Position numbers and translations under genes: made by a program | Assembly: GCA_020059045.1 (NCBI GenBank) | Contig: JAGVCW010000021.1 | Coordinates: 27,821-91,820, forward strand | DNA from: Minisyncoccota bacterium | Lineage (GTDB): Bacteria; Patescibacteriota; Minisyncoccia; Phycocordibacterales; Zambryskibacteraceae | Length of the DNA stretch: 64,000 nucleotides | Reading direction: 5' to 3' | Notes under the pieces: model-generated | The model's database searches: none | The model's input: only the letters and a program-made list of their open reading frames with translations | Told to the model about the DNA's origin: nothing | Part shown: piece by piece, positions 1 to 10,186 of the stretch | Position numbering within the stretch: position 1 is the first letter of the stretch | How the letters are laid out: each line of letters starts with the position of its first letter

Positions 1-1
1 C

Positions 2-2101
2 ATTGATGCTGGTAAGACCACCACATCTGAGCGGGTTTTGTATTACACAGGTTCTCAGCACAAGATTGGAGAAGTGCACGAAGGAGACACTACTACAGAC
101 TGGATGGAACAAGAGCGTGAAAGAGGGATCACCATCACCGCAGCCGCTATTACATGCTTTTGGGCACCCACATATCTTTCTGCCGATGAACGCAAAAAGA
201 CAGAAAACAAATATCGTTTCAATGTCATAGACACACCCGGTCACATCGACTTCACAGTAGAGGTCAAGCGTTCGCTTCGAGTTCTCGATGGTGCGGTTGT
301 AGTGTTTGACGGAGTTGCAGGTGTAGAGCCTCAGTCAGAGACCAACTGGCGTTATGCAGAAGAAGCTCAAGTTCCTAGAATTTGCTTTATAAACAAGTTA
401 GACAGAACTGGTGCAAGTTTTGAGCGTTCATACAAATCGATTCTCGATAGACTTTCGAAGAAAGCAGTGCGAATGCAGATCCCACTTGGTGAAGAAGACG
501 CACACGAAGGTGTGATCGATCTTCTCAAGATGAAGATGTACAAGTTTGAAGGTGAGCTTGGCCGTGATGTAGTTGAACACGATATCCCAGCTGAACTCAA
601 GGCTGATGCGGATAAGTATCGTCATGAGCTTGTAGAGAGAATCGTAGAAAACGATGACGGCCTAATGAGCGCGTATCTAGAAGGTCGTGAAGTAGCACTC
701 GAAGATTTAAAGAAGACATTGCGTAAAGCTGTTATCGAAAACAAAATTTTTCCTGTTTTTACAGGCTCTGCTCTCAAGAACAAAGGTGTACAACTAGTGC
801 TTGACTCAGTTGTAGACTATCTTCCATCTCCACTCGATATCCCACCAATCAAAGGAGTGGATCCTCGCAATGGTGAAGAAGTAATACGCCATGCATCAGA
901 CACGGATCCCTTCGCGGCCCTTGCTTTCAAACTTCAAGCAGATCCATTTGTCGGTCAACTCACATTTTTCCGAGTATACTCGGGAACAATCGAGGCTGGA
1001 ACATATTTATATAATTCAACCACAGGTGAGAAGGAGCGCCTTGGCCGCATAGTGCGTCTCCAGGCAAATGATCGTGAAGAGGTGAAGAAAGTTTACGCTG
1101 GAGAGATTGCAGCCGCAGTAGGACTCAAAAATGCTAAAACATCTCACACTTTTTGCGATGAAGACCATCCTATAATCCTCGATCAGATTACATTTCCAGA
1201 ACCCGTTATCTCACTGCGTATTGAACCTAAGACCAAAGCTGATCAGGAGAAGATGGGACTTGCGCTCAAACGTCTTTCAGACGAGGACCCAACATTTAGA
1301 ATCAAGTCAGACCAAGAGACTGGTGAAACAGTGATCATGGGAATGGGAGAGCTACATCTTGAGATCATTGTTGACCGAATGAAGCGGGAGTTCAGCGTTG
1401 AAGCAAATGTTGGTAAGCCACAAGTGGCCTACAAGGAAACAATCATGGGTGAGGCAGAGGTTGAGAACAAGTACATCAAGCAGTCAGGAGGTAAGGGTCA
1501 GTATGGTCACGTTAGAATAACTATCAAGCCTCTTGAGAAAAGAGATCCAGAAGCGAAAGTTCCTAAGAATGTCAAAATTTCTGAAGGCTTTGAGTTTATA
1601 GACTCGATTAAAGGAGGTGTTATCCCACAAGAGTTCATCCCAGCTGTTGAGAAGGGAGTTAAGGAAGCGATGGAGCGTGGGGTTACTGCTGGATACAAAA
1701 TGACAGATATTTCATGTGAGCTAACGTTTGGAAGTTATCACGATGTTGACTCCTCAGAAATCGCTTACAAGATAGCAGCATCACAAGCTTTCCAGGAAGC
1801 TGCAAGAAAAGCAAAGCCAGTTATTCTTGAACCAATTATGAAAGTAGAAGTGGTGGTACCAGACAAGTTCATGGGTGACATCACAGGAAACCTATCGTCA
1901 CGTCGTGGCCAAGTGGAAGGTATGGAAGAGCGTGGAGAGCTAAAAGTCATTCGTGCCAAGGTTCCTCTGGCAGAAATGTTTGGCTATGTAACAAGTCTCC
2001 GATCAATGACCGAAGGTCGTGGATCTTCTACCATGGAATTCGATCACTACGAGGTGGTACCGGCTAACGTGGCGTTATCTATTATTGAATCTAGGAAATA
2101 A
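2..2101 (+). CDS. fusA: Translation elongation factor G; 5' end lies upstream of the window
   Basis: Frame is open from nt 2 ([17 protein letters not shown]..). GTPase motifs DTPGHIDF and NKLDR, then EF-G domains through to TAA at 2099. Confidence 0.95.
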   Translation: MDAGKTTTSERVLYYTGSQHKIGEVHEGDTTTDWMEQERERGITITAAAITCFWAPTYLSADERKKTENKYRFNVIDTPGHIDFTVEVKRSLRVLDGAVVVFDGVAGVEPQSETNWRYAEEAQVPRICFINKLDRTGASFERSYKSILDRLSKKAVRMQIPLGEEDAHEGVIDLLKMKMYKFEGELGRDVVEHDIPAELKADADKYRHELVERIVENDDGLMSAYLEGREVALEDLKKTLRKAVIENKIFPVFTGSALKNKGVQLVLDSVVDYLPSPLDIPPIKGVDPRNGEEVIRHASDTDPFAALAFKLQADPFVGQLTFFRVYSGTIEAGTYLYNSTTGEKERLGRIVRLQANDREEVKKVYAGEIAAAVGLKNAKTSHTFCDEDHPIILDQITFPEPVISLRIEPKTKADQEKMGLALKRLSDEDPTFRIKSDQETGETVIMGMGELHLEIIVDRMKREFSVEANVGKPQVAYKETIMGEAEVENKYIKQSGGKGQYGHVRITIKPLEKRDPEAKVPKNVKISEGFEFIDSIKGGVIPQEFIPAVEKGVKEAMERGVTAGYKMTDISCELTFGSYHDVDSSEIAYKIAASQAFQEAARKAKPVILEPIMKVEVVVPDKFMGDITGNLSSRRGQVEGMEERGELKVIRAKVPLAEMFGYVTSLRSMTEGRGSSTMEFDHYEVVPANVALSIIESRK

Positions 2102-2171
2102 AATAAGTTACTACTCGTAGTATTACCACTTCTCGCCCCGTACGAAATCCGCCGCTTATCTGTGGTAGTTA

Positions 2172-2200
2172 TTGACTTATGGAGTATTAGTCTGTATAAT
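2172..2200 (+). promoter_or_regulatory. Sigma70-type promoter
   Basis: TTGACT (2172-2177), 17-nt spacer, TATAAT (2195-2200). Confidence 0.6.
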
Positions 2201-2234
2201 TTACAAAGATTTAGAACCTCTAATGGGAGGCAAC

Positions 2235-2549
2235 ATGTTTTATTGGTGGGAGCGAACTTGGGAAGAAACAGATATAAGAATTTTCTTAGGAATGTTTGTC
2301 TTTCTCGGCTGGGTTTATTCCTTCTTCGCTTTTATTCACCGGGGGAGTGATATTCATAATGATTTTTATGGTTTGGTGCTTGTTTTTGGTTTTGCATTAT
2401 TCTGGGGCCTACTTTCTTTTTCAGCTTCTTGGAGTGTCTATCCGCGCAAGATGGCTCCGTTCCTCCTAGCTGCTCCATTTGTTGGGCTCATCATGGGTCT
2501 TGTTCCTTACCTGCTTACATACATAATTATACAAATTGCAGGGACGTAG
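2235..2549 (+). CDS. Small multi-pass membrane protein, function unknown
   Basis: ATG at 2235 follows GGGAGG and lies downstream of the 2172 promoter. The product is hydrophobic and a terminator follows. Confidence 0.55.
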   Translation: MFYWWERTWEETDIRIFLGMFVFLGWVYSFFAFIHRGSDIHNDFYGLVLVFGFALFWGLLSFSASWSVYPRKMAPFLLAAPFVGLIMGLVPYLLTYIIIQIAGT

Positions 2550-2579
2550 AAAATTTGCAGCAGTAACTTCAAGTACACT

Positions 2580-2602
2580 CCACGATGATATCGTGGTTTT
2601 TT
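2580..2602 (+). terminator. Intrinsic terminator
   Basis: CCACGAT..ATCGTGG stem followed by TTTTTT. Confidence 0.7.
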
Positions 2603-2669
2603 CATATAAAAAATTACTAAATAAAAATCTCCCGCTTCTCGAGTAGAGAATGGGAGATGCGGATTGAGG

Positions 2670-3170
2670 TTAATCTTTGATAGGAACTTCATCAGTGCTA
2701 CTCGCTCCGAAGATTCGTACGGGGTCTGCATTTTCCTGTCTTGAAAGATTTATCTCGTACTGATACAACAATGTGGGCAAAAGATATTTTTGAAGAAACT
2801 TTGCAAGGAGAGCAAGTTTCTCCTCTGGCGATTTGCCGAATGAATATATTGGCCCCCACAAATCTTCTTCGAAGAAAAGAGTTGCTTCGAAATATTCACT
2901 AGACACTATTGTCTCATGTGCCTTGCCACCTTTCTCATGACCTTCGTGTGTTTTACCATTGAGTTTAAGATGGTTTAGGATAATACCAGTAAGTGCAAAA
3001 AGATAGTCACTCCACTTAAGCTCGCTATGTTCAGTTCCAATCAAAAGCATTTCTCTACTTGCTTTTTCGAGCAGATGCTGCCTCTGCATTTCGCGTCTTT
3101 GCCATGCTGGCATTGTATTCGGCATTCGCCTCTCCTTTGGATGTAGGTACTTCTTGATCGAGCCTATCAC
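2670..3170 (-). CDS. Hypothetical protein
   Basis: 166-codon ORF. A terminator hairpin (TCTCCC/GGGAGA plus T-run on the minus strand, 2623-2657) follows it. I recognise no motif. Confidence 0.5.
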   Translation of the reverse strand: MIGSIKKYLHPKERRMPNTMPAWQRREMQRQHLLEKASREMLLIGTEHSELKWSDYLFALTGIILNHLKLNGKTHEGHEKGGKAHETIVSSEYFEATLFFEEDLWGPIYSFGKSPEEKLALLAKFLQKYLLPTLLYQYEINLSRQENADPVRIFGASSTDEVPIKD

Positions 3171-3254
3171 TCAAGTTTAAAAAAATCAATAAAAAGTTGA
3201 CAAGTATAGAACTTTATTTTACTCTTTCTCATAGAATGAATCCTTGGAGGAAGA

Positions 3255-3722
3255 GTGAAAGGAACGAGGGCAAGCCAGATAGAAGCCAAAGCAAGAAGCT
3301 TGGCAGGTTCAATACACCACCTTCTTGAGCGTGGCGAAGGACTAGTTGTAAATGTCCATATATCGAAACGTGTTAGTTCTCGAATTCAAGTAAGGGACGG
3401 CAGAATGAAATCTACTCGCCGTACGGAAGGACAGTTAGCCAATAGTGAGTGGAAACGTTTATTGAAACTTAGCCACAAGTTGTCTACTCAACTCTGGAAA
3501 GAGAAGGGAATAAATCCTATGTGTGACCTTGTAGCTATGCTTGCCAGAAACGGAAATAAACCTGTTCTGATTGGGAATATATGGACGAATTGGCCCGCTA
3601 GTCTTGGGTTTTGGTCTTTTCGAGATAGATTGAACGCTCTAATTCGTGACGAAGGAATGATGGTTCGTTTGCAGTACCTCAATCGTGACGACAGGCGAGT
3701 TAAATTTTTTAGGGTCAAGTAA
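3255..3722 (+). CDS. Hypothetical protein
   Basis: GTG start preceded by GGAGGA, with TTGACA about 55 nt upstream. No recognisable motif. Confidence 0.5.
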   Translation: MKGTRASQIEAKARSLAGSIHHLLERGEGLVVNVHISKRVSSRIQVRDGRMKSTRRTEGQLANSEWKRLLKLSHKLSTQLWKEKGINPMCDLVAMLARNGNKPVLIGNIWTNWPASLGFWSFRDRLNALIRDEGMMVRLQYLNRDDRRVKFFRVK

Positions 3723-3831
3723 CTGCACGGTATTTTATATGATGGCCGTGTTTTTTATACCTAGACTTTTCTTGATTTACCTGTAATCTCAAAAAAAGAA
3801 GCTCACTTACAATCTGCCACCAAGGTTCTTC

Positions 3832-4422
3832 ATGACTTATATTTCGGAGGGAGATCGTCGGTTCTGGCAAAGGAAGTACCCAGAGTTGACTGACCCGAAG
3901 AGATGGGATGATAAAGTCTGGAAAAGTGTAAAAATTGGAATGCACGCATCTCCAAATGCTTTGATAGCAGAAGTACGAGAAAAAGGTTTTGAAGTGGGAG
4001 AAGAAACTGTGCACATCTTACATAGTGTTACTTCAGAACCACGAACAGTTGAGCTCGTTCGTATGGAGAAGTGGAATATCACTCGCTGCATCACGCCAGG
4101 CATTGATGAGGATTGGTTGGCGAGACATCTCCCGATCTTTGGTCTAGAACCTGCAAACCCAGAAATTGCACTTGCACTACGCATGGACTACAGCGATCAG
4201 CCAGAAGGTGAAGAATTGGGAGTAGTTGTGGAAGATGCAAGAATTTGGCAGTTCGATCCTTCAGAGCTAGTCCATACAGGTGAGGCTCGTCCAGGTATAA
4301 TTTCACTAAAAAATCTGAAGGGAAGTAAGCAAGTGAGAATCTGGACGGGGGATTACACTTCTGCTCCATGGAATTTTGCCCCAGTGTATGATTGGGTCTT
4401 TGCTCGAGTAACTCCAAGATGA
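3832..4422 (+). CDS. Hypothetical protein
   Basis: 196-codon ORF ending in TGA. No recognisable motif; the start is uncertain. Confidence 0.45.
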   Translation: MTYISEGDRRFWQRKYPELTDPKRWDDKVWKSVKIGMHASPNALIAEVREKGFEVGEETVHILHSVTSEPRTVELVRMEKWNITRCITPGIDEDWLARHLPIFGLEPANPEIALALRMDYSDQPEGEELGVVVEDARIWQFDPSELVHTGEARPGIISLKNLKGSKQVRIWTGDYTSAPWNFAPVYDWVFARVTPR

Positions 4423-4506
4423 CCATATATTGTCTTGGTTTTTTGTTTTCGTAGTGATCTTTTCCTCAACATAGAGTATTCTGGAGCGAGAGGCTTTCAT
4501 CCCAAA

Positions 4507-4923
4507 ATGGAGGCAGATATGTCAAAGAAACTTCGTAAGCAAGTATTGGGCGAGGCTACAACAGTTGTGCGTCGCGTAACATCCGTGCCACAGCGTGAGC
4601 TAGCAGAGTCAATAGGGATTGATATAAGCAATTGCACAATTGAAAATGCAAAACCAGTTATTGCTAATCGGCTTAGAGACGAGGCTTGGGAACTTGTAGA
4701 AAGGAACAGAATAGTTCCAGGATTAAAGTGTCTTTGTGATGGCGTACCATGCATTGTACAAAAGATTGGTAGTACAGCCCGCGGGTGGGGTAACCCTGGT
4801 GCGATAGTTGTAGTTCGTAAGCTTACTGAGCGTCCATGGACCGGCCATGTACGTCCATCGAGACTTACTGAATTCGATTACTCTCACCCAGTTTCCGTCG
4901 AGCCTAGAACCGCTGCCCCATAA
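4507..4923 (+). CDS. Hypothetical protein
   Basis: I set the start to the internal ATG at 4507 (MEADMSKK..). A GCTGC/GCAGC hairpin plus T-run follows the stop. Confidence 0.45.
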   Translation: MEADMSKKLRKQVLGEATTVVRRVTSVPQRELAESIGIDISNCTIENAKPVIANRLRDEAWELVERNRIVPGLKCLCDGVPCIVQKIGSTARGWGNPGAIVVVRKLTERPWTGHVRPSRLTEFDYSHPVSVEPRTAAP

Positions 4924-5305
4924 TTTAGGAGCAGCTTTTTTCTTACCTGTTTTTGATTGAACAACTGCAATTCTCCAAGGATCTTTGGATAATTTTCGTT
5001 ATCCCGTTTTCATCCCCAGGATATTCACGATTTTTTAACCTTAAGTTTGACTATTCTACGCTCTCTGTTATGATGTTTCTCACGCTTTTCTCGATAGTAG
5101 TTTTTGGCTTTCCACGCTAGTTGCGGGACGAAACTTGGCCAAAATTTGCAATCAGTTGAGGCGATACTGTCCTTGCTTTGACAGGGAATTTTTTGTTTAT
5201 AAAAAGCATTATTAAAAGAAATTATTATTAGTAGCTCATTTGTATTAGTTGCTTCGGTCCGCTCGTTCTCGCGCAGCGAACCAAAGTAGTTATTACCACA
5301 TTATT

Positions 5306-6514
5306 ATGGCAGATTCACAAGCGTTTGATCGTTCCAAGCCTCACGTAAACGTGGGAACAATTGGTCATGTCGACCACGGCAAGACGACTCTCACAGCAAG
5401 TATTCTTCACATCCTTGATATGAACAAGGATAAGGGATATGGAGCTCGTGTAGAAGCTATAGACAAGATTGATAGTGCCCCAGAAGAGAAGGCCCGCGGT
5501 ATTACTATCGCTCTTCACCACTCAGAGTACTGGACCCCAAATCGTCACTACGCGCACATTGATGCTCCAGGTCACGCCGACTATATAAAGAACATGATTA
5601 CAGGTGCTGCCCAGATGGACGGCGCAGTACTCGTGGTTGCCGCAACTGACGGTGTTATGCCTCAGACTCGTGAGCACGTTCTACTTGCTCGCCAGGTTGG
5701 AGTGCCCAAGATCATAGTGTTTCTTAACAAGTGCGACATGGTTCCTGATAAAGAGCTTATAGATCTCGTGGAAGAAGAGGTTCGTGAACTTCTCACAAAG
5801 CAAGGTTTTGATGGTGCTAATACTCCGATTATCCGTGGTTCAGGTCTCAAGGCACTTGAAGCTAAAGCAGCGGATGACGAGTGGGCAATGAAAGTAATGG
5901 AACTTGTAAACACGCTCGATACTTTCATTCCAATGCCAGTTCGAGAAATCGACAAAGCATTCCTTATGCCAGTTGAAGACATCTTCTCTATTGAAGGTCG
6001 AGGCACGGTGGTAACAGGAAGAATTGAGAGAGGTCAAGTGAAGGTGAACGAAGAGATTGAGGTTATCGGTCTCAAGGACACTGCAAAGACTGTAGTCACA
6101 GGTATCGAAATGTTCAATAAGCAGCTCGATTCAGGTATGGCTGGAGACAATGCTGGTATTCTTCTCCGAGGATTGAAAAAGGAGGACATTACACGTGGTC
6201 AGGTTCTTGCAAAGCCAGGTTCAGTTACACCTCATACGGAGTTTGAATCAGAGGTCTACATCTTGAAGAAGGAAGAAGGCGGACGCCACACGCCATTCTT
6301 TACTGGTTACAAACCACAATTCTATGTTAGAACTACAGACGTTACAGGTGAAGTAACTTTGCCTGAGAAAGTAGAAATGGTTATGCCAGGAGACACAGTT
6401 ACATTCAAGGTCAAACTTGTAGCTCCAGTTGCGCTTGAAGCTCAACAGAGATTTGCTATCCGAGAGGGTGGTAAGACTGTTGGAGCAGGGGTGGTTACGA
6501 AGATAACGGCTTAA
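5306..6514 (+). CDS. tuf: Translation elongation factor Tu
   Basis: [42 protein letters not shown] set the start to ATG 5306 inside the longer TTG-initiated ORF. Confidence 0.97.
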   Translation: MADSQAFDRSKPHVNVGTIGHVDHGKTTLTASILHILDMNKDKGYGARVEAIDKIDSAPEEKARGITIALHHSEYWTPNRHYAHIDAPGHADYIKNMITGAAQMDGAVLVVAATDGVMPQTREHVLLARQVGVPKIIVFLNKCDMVPDKELIDLVEEEVRELLTKQGFDGANTPIIRGSGLKALEAKAADDEWAMKVMELVNTLDTFIPMPVREIDKAFLMPVEDIFSIEGRGTVVTGRIERGQVKVNEEIEVIGLKDTAKTVVTGIEMFNKQLDSGMAGDNAGILLRGLKKEDITRGQVLAKPGSVTPHTEFESEVYILKKEEGGRHTPFFTGYKPQFYVRTTDVTGEVTLPEKVEMVMPGDTVTFKVKLVAPVALEAQQRFAIREGGKTVGAGVVTKITA

Positions 6515-6639
6515 CAAGTTGAGAAGTTTAATAAGTTGTATAAATTTAATAAGTTTGAATTCAAAACTTATTAAACTTATAAGCACTAGCCAAGTCAGGC
6601 AGATGCGGAACTTATGTAACTTAATAACTAGTTCATTAC
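6515..6639. repeat. Long AT-rich hairpin spacer between tuf and rpsJ
   Basis: Built from inverted TTAATAAGTT / AACTTATTAA words and centred on GAATTC near 6563. Confidence 0.5.
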
Positions 6640-7026
6640 ATGCCCAAAGCAAAAATAAAAAAAGAAGCTCCTAAGAAAAAGAAAAGTGACTCCAAGGTGA
6701 GTAAGGCTAAAGAAGAGACTGTCTCAAAGCTACGTATTCGAGTCCGAGCCTATGAGTACAAAATTCTTGATGTATCTGTAAAGCAGATCATAGACACAGC
6801 ACTAAGGTTTGACGCCCAAGTGCTTGGTCCTATACCGCTTCCAACAGAAATCAAGAAATATACTGTCAATCGTTCCTCATTTGTGTACAAAAATGCGCGA
6901 GAGCAGTTTGAAATGAGGATTCATAAGCGATTGATAGATATAGTAAACCCTACTCCGAAGTTGATTGAGTCACTTACCAACTTGTCCCTTCCATCAGGAG
7001 TGAACATAGATGTGAAATTGATGTGA
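6640..7026 (+). CDS. rpsJ: 30S ribosomal protein S10 with a Lys-rich N-terminal extension
   Basis: S10 core ([13 protein letters not shown]..) after about 25 extra K-rich residues. The stop is TGA. Confidence 0.93.
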   Translation: MPKAKIKKEAPKKKKSDSKVSKAKEETVSKLRIRVRAYEYKILDVSVKQIIDTALRFDAQVLGPIPLPTEIKKYTVNRSSFVYKNAREQFEMRIHKRLIDIVNPTPKLIESLTNLSLPSGVNIDVKLM

Positions 7027-7208
7027 TAGAGAAATAACGAACGAAGTGAGTATATTTCTCATCATCCCTCCCCACTTTCACTGTTGATATTAAAAGAATT
7101 ACTTAACACTGAATGGCCGATTTTAGCTAAAGTTATTTATTAATGTCGTTAGTGAAAGTGGGGAGGGATCACGATTGTTTCTAACTCGCTTCGCTCATAA
7201 GAAAAAAC
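7027..7208. repeat. Family-B nested hairpin element, copy B1 (rpsJ-rplC spacer)
   Basis: Outer arms are AACGAACGAAGTGAGT and AACTCGCTTCGCTCAT. The inner stem is a perfect 19 bp (ATCCCTCCCCACTTTCACT / AGTGAAAGTGGGGAGGGAT). Confidence 0.75.
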
Positions 7209-7817
7209 GTGAAATTTATCCTCGCAAAAAAGAATAGAATGTCAGAAGTCTTTACTGAGAGTGGTTTGGTAATTCCTGTTACTATTCTTTCTGCTACTCC
7301 TATGGTGGTAACTCAGATGAAAGATGAGTCGACCGACGGGTACAAAGCTGTACAAGTAGGATTTGGTACACGCAGAGAAAAGAGAATAAACAAGGCGGTA
7401 AAAGGGCATACCAAGGAGCTTGGCAATTTTCTAAAGCTAAAAGAATTTCGCCTCAAGGATGATACATTTGTCCGCGGTGACAAGATAGATGTTTCTGTCT
7501 TTACTGCAGGAGATGTGGTTGAAGTCTCAGCCATTTCTAAGGGTAAAGGTTTCCAAGGTGTCGTGAAGCGCCACGGATTTGCCGGTGGTCCACGAAGTCA
7601 TGGGCAGAAACACTCAGAGCGTGAGCCAGGATCTATCGGCGGAGGATTGCGTACACATGTTCCGAAAGGTATGCGCATGGCAGGGCGAATGGGTGGCGAT
7701 CGTATAACCGTAAGGAATCTTAAAGTTGTCGAGGTTAATCCTACAGAGAATATTATTTTAGTTTCTGGCGCGGTGCCGGGGAGAAGAGGAACGATTGTCG
7801 AAATCAGAGGTAAATAA
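7209..7817 (+). CDS. rplC: 50S ribosomal protein L3
   Basis: GTG start. KGKGFQGVVKRHGFAGGP region, and position within the S10 operon. Confidence 0.93.
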   Translation: MKFILAKKNRMSEVFTESGLVIPVTILSATPMVVTQMKDESTDGYKAVQVGFGTRREKRINKAVKGHTKELGNFLKLKEFRLKDDTFVRGDKIDVSVFTAGDVVEVSAISKGKGFQGVVKRHGFAGGPRSHGQKHSEREPGSIGGGLRTHVPKGMRMAGRMGGDRITVRNLKVVEVNPTENIILVSGAVPGRRGTIVEIRGK

Positions 7818-7888
7818 GTTGTAGATGTTCTAAATGTTATATATGTCTGACAATTACAACAACTAGAACAATTACAACAATTAGAACC
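7818..7888. repeat. Family-A hairpin element, copy A1 (rplC-rplD spacer)
   Basis: Imperfect arms GTTGTAGATGTTCTA.. and ..TAGAACAATTACAAC around the apex ATGTCTGACA. Confidence 0.7.
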
Positions 7889-8659
7889 ATGGACACAACA
7901 GTTTATAACCAAAAAGGTGATTCAGTAGGGAAGATTAAGATTCCTGAATCAGTTTTCGGCGTGAAGTGGAATTCTGACATGGTTCACCAAGTTGTGACGT
8001 CCATGACATCTAGTGCGCGCAGAAACACGGCTCATACAAAGACTCGTGGGGAAGTACGGGGAGGAGGCAAGAAGCCTTGGAAGCAGAAGGGTACAGGACA
8101 GGCTCGTCACGGCTCGACTCGTTCACCAATATGGGTAGGAGGAGGTGTGGCACACGGTCCAAGAAACGATAAGAATTATGATCGCAAGGTGAATCGCAAA
8201 ATGAAGACCAAGGCTCTGTTTGCTATACTTTCTAGAAAGCTAAGTGATGGAGAAATAATTTTTATAGATGCGATTACAATGGGAGAAGCGAAGACAAAGA
8301 ATGCAATCAATATTATTTCAAATTTGAGAAAAATTGAGGGTTTCGATAAGATCTTTAATAAAAAGAAAAACAGTGCTCTCATTACTCTTGGCGAGAAAGA
8401 CGATTCTATAACAAGAAGTTTTAAAAACATAGGGAACGTGAGTGTCGATGAAATTCGTAATATAAACCCAGTTACACTTTTAAATTACAAAGCTCTCATC
8501 ATTTTAAATCCAGAAGCGTCTCTTCGATTACTTGAATCAAGGCTTAAGCAGAAAGCTACAGGTGATGCAGAAGGAGTGATAAAGAAAAAGTTTACAGCTA
8601 AAAAGAAAGGAGCTACAACAAAGAAAAAAGTAGTAGCTGCAAAGCCAAAGTCTTTATAA
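7889..8659 (+). CDS. rplD: 50S ribosomal protein L4 with a Lys-rich C-terminal tail
   Basis: GGGKKPWKQKGTGQARHGS core. The 256 aa include about 50 extra basic C-terminal residues. Confidence 0.93.
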   Translation: MDTTVYNQKGDSVGKIKIPESVFGVKWNSDMVHQVVTSMTSSARRNTAHTKTRGEVRGGGKKPWKQKGTGQARHGSTRSPIWVGGGVAHGPRNDKNYDRKVNRKMKTKALFAILSRKLSDGEIIFIDAITMGEAKTKNAINIISNLRKIEGFDKIFNKKKNSALITLGEKDDSITRSFKNIGNVSVDEIRNINPVTLLNYKALIILNPEASLRLLESRLKQKATGDAEGVIKKKFTAKKKGATTKKKVVAAKPKSL

Positions 8660-8669
8660 CAACTCATTT

Positions 8670-9050
8670 ATGGCCCTATTTTCAAAAAAACCCAAAGAAA
8701 AAGTTAAGAAAGACTCTCCAAAGAGTGTTTCACCAGAAGGACCTGTCGCATCAATCGAAACGATGGGTGGTACATCTTTTGCCCATATTCTCTTGCAGCC
8801 ACGTATTACGGAGAAAGCATCTCTCAAGGCAGAGAGCAATAATGTTTATGTCTTTGAAGTAAGCCCTCGTGCGTCAAAAAGTGACATAAGGCAGGCAGTG
8901 AAAGAAATTTATAAAGTGTCTCCAGAAAAAGTTTCTGTCGCACGAATCCCAAGTAAAAGTATTGTGGTTCGTGGTAAGCAAGGTGTGCGATCAGGTGGCA
9001 AGAAAGCCTATGTGTACCTGAAGAAGGGAGAGAAGATAGAGGTAATTTAG
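8670..9050 (+). CDS. rplW: 50S ribosomal protein L23
   Basis: VYVFEVSPRASKSDIRQAVKEIY core, and operon position. Confidence 0.9.
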   Translation: MALFSKKPKEKVKKDSPKSVSPEGPVASIETMGGTSFAHILLQPRITEKASLKAESNNVYVFEVSPRASKSDIRQAVKEIYKVSPEKVSVARIPSKSIVVRGKQGVRSGGKKAYVYLKKGEKIEVI

Positions 9051-9225
9051 AAATTCAACGAACGAAGTGAGTATGAATTACTTAACCCCAACAAATTTTA
9101 TAGATACACAATTACCCAATTATTCTTGTGTATTTAATAACCACGAGTTATTATCCTTGGGCAATTTCTCAACGATAAAATTTGAGGGGGTCATGATTTT
9201 CTAATCGCTCTGCTCAAGAAAATCT
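9051..9225. repeat. Family-B nested hairpin element, copy B2 (rplW-rplB spacer)
   Basis: 5' arm is AACGAACGAAGTGAGTATGAATTACTTAACCCC. 3' arm is GGGGGTCATGATTTTCTAATCGCTCTGCTCAAGAAAATC, running into the ATG. Confidence 0.75.
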
Positions 9226-10065
9226 ATGAAACATTACAAACCAACAACCAAATCGCGAAGACAGATGACCGGTATAGACTACGGGAAAGTTTTGACCGCG
9301 AAAGATCCTTTGAAAAGTCTTACTCATGGAACTAAGCGTGATGTAGGCCGCAACCACCATGGTCGTGTTACAACACGTCACAAGGGAGGTGGGCACAAGC
9401 GTCTTTTCAGAGACATTGATTTTACATACAACAAATTTGATATTCCATTCAAAGTTTTAACAGTAGAATACGATCCAAACAGAACTGGTTTCATTGGCAT
9501 TGTAGTCTACAAGGATGGAGAAAAGAGATATGTCTTACTCCACAAAGGAGCGCGTGTTGGTGATACCTATATAGTTTCAGCTAAGGCTCCAGAGACAGTG
9601 GGCAACCGCCTGCCACTTGGCAAAATCACAGTGGGTACTTTCGTGTACAACGTAGAAGTTAAACCTCGTGGAGGTGCAAGGCTTGCAAGAAGCGCAGGTA
9701 ACTACATAGAAGTTGTTGCAAAGGATGCAGGCTACGTGGATCTTAAAATGCCATCTACAGAAGTAAGAAAAGTTTTAGAGACTTGCTGGGCGACAATCGG
9801 TGAAGTATCAAACGATGAGAACAGACTAGTAAATATCGGAAAAGCTGGAAGAAGTCGCTGGCTTGGTATAAGGCCTACTGTTCGTGGTTCTGCTATGAAC
9901 CCAGTAGATCATCCACACGGTGGAGGAGAGGGTCGTTCAGGACGCGGACGACGTCGAGCAGTGAGTGCATTTGGCAAACCAACAGGCAAGGGGCAGAAGT
10001 CTCGTACTCCAAAGAAATATTCAAACAAATTTATTGTTCGTCGCAGAAAAGTAGGAAAGAAGTAG
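9226..10065 (+). CDS. rplB: 50S ribosomal protein L2
   Basis: GRNHHGRVTTRHKGGGHKR and HPHGGGEGR signatures. Confidence 0.96.
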   Translation: MKHYKPTTKSRRQMTGIDYGKVLTAKDPLKSLTHGTKRDVGRNHHGRVTTRHKGGGHKRLFRDIDFTYNKFDIPFKVLTVEYDPNRTGFIGIVVYKDGEKRYVLLHKGARVGDTYIVSAKAPETVGNRLPLGKITVGTFVYNVEVKPRGGARLARSAGNYIEVVAKDAGYVDLKMPSTEVRKVLETCWATIGEVSNDENRLVNIGKAGRSRWLGIRPTVRGSAMNPVDHPHGGGEGRSGRGRRRAVSAFGKPTGKGQKSRTPKKYSNKFIVRRRKVGKK

Positions 10066-10103
10066 GATGATAAAGAGTAACCTACGACCGACAACACTAC
10101 TGA

Positions 10104-10121
10104 GTGGAAGCCGAGCTTCCA
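10104..10121. repeat. 18-nt GC hairpin GTGGAAGCCGAGCTTCCA, copy 1
   Basis: The identical 18-mer recurs at 19099-19116. Both copies lie just after the last r-protein gene before an operon interruption. Confidence 0.7.
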
Positions 10122-10154
10122 AAAATGTCTGTATTTCTTGCATAGCAGTGTAAA

Positions 10155-10182
10155 TAAAAAAGCCCCGCATGTTTATGGGGCT
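10155..10182 (-). terminator. Intrinsic terminator of the minus-strand MYG1-like gene
   Basis: AGCCCC/GGGGCT stem, with a T-run on the minus strand (A-run at 10155-10160). Confidence 0.65.
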
Positions 10183-10186
10183 ACGG

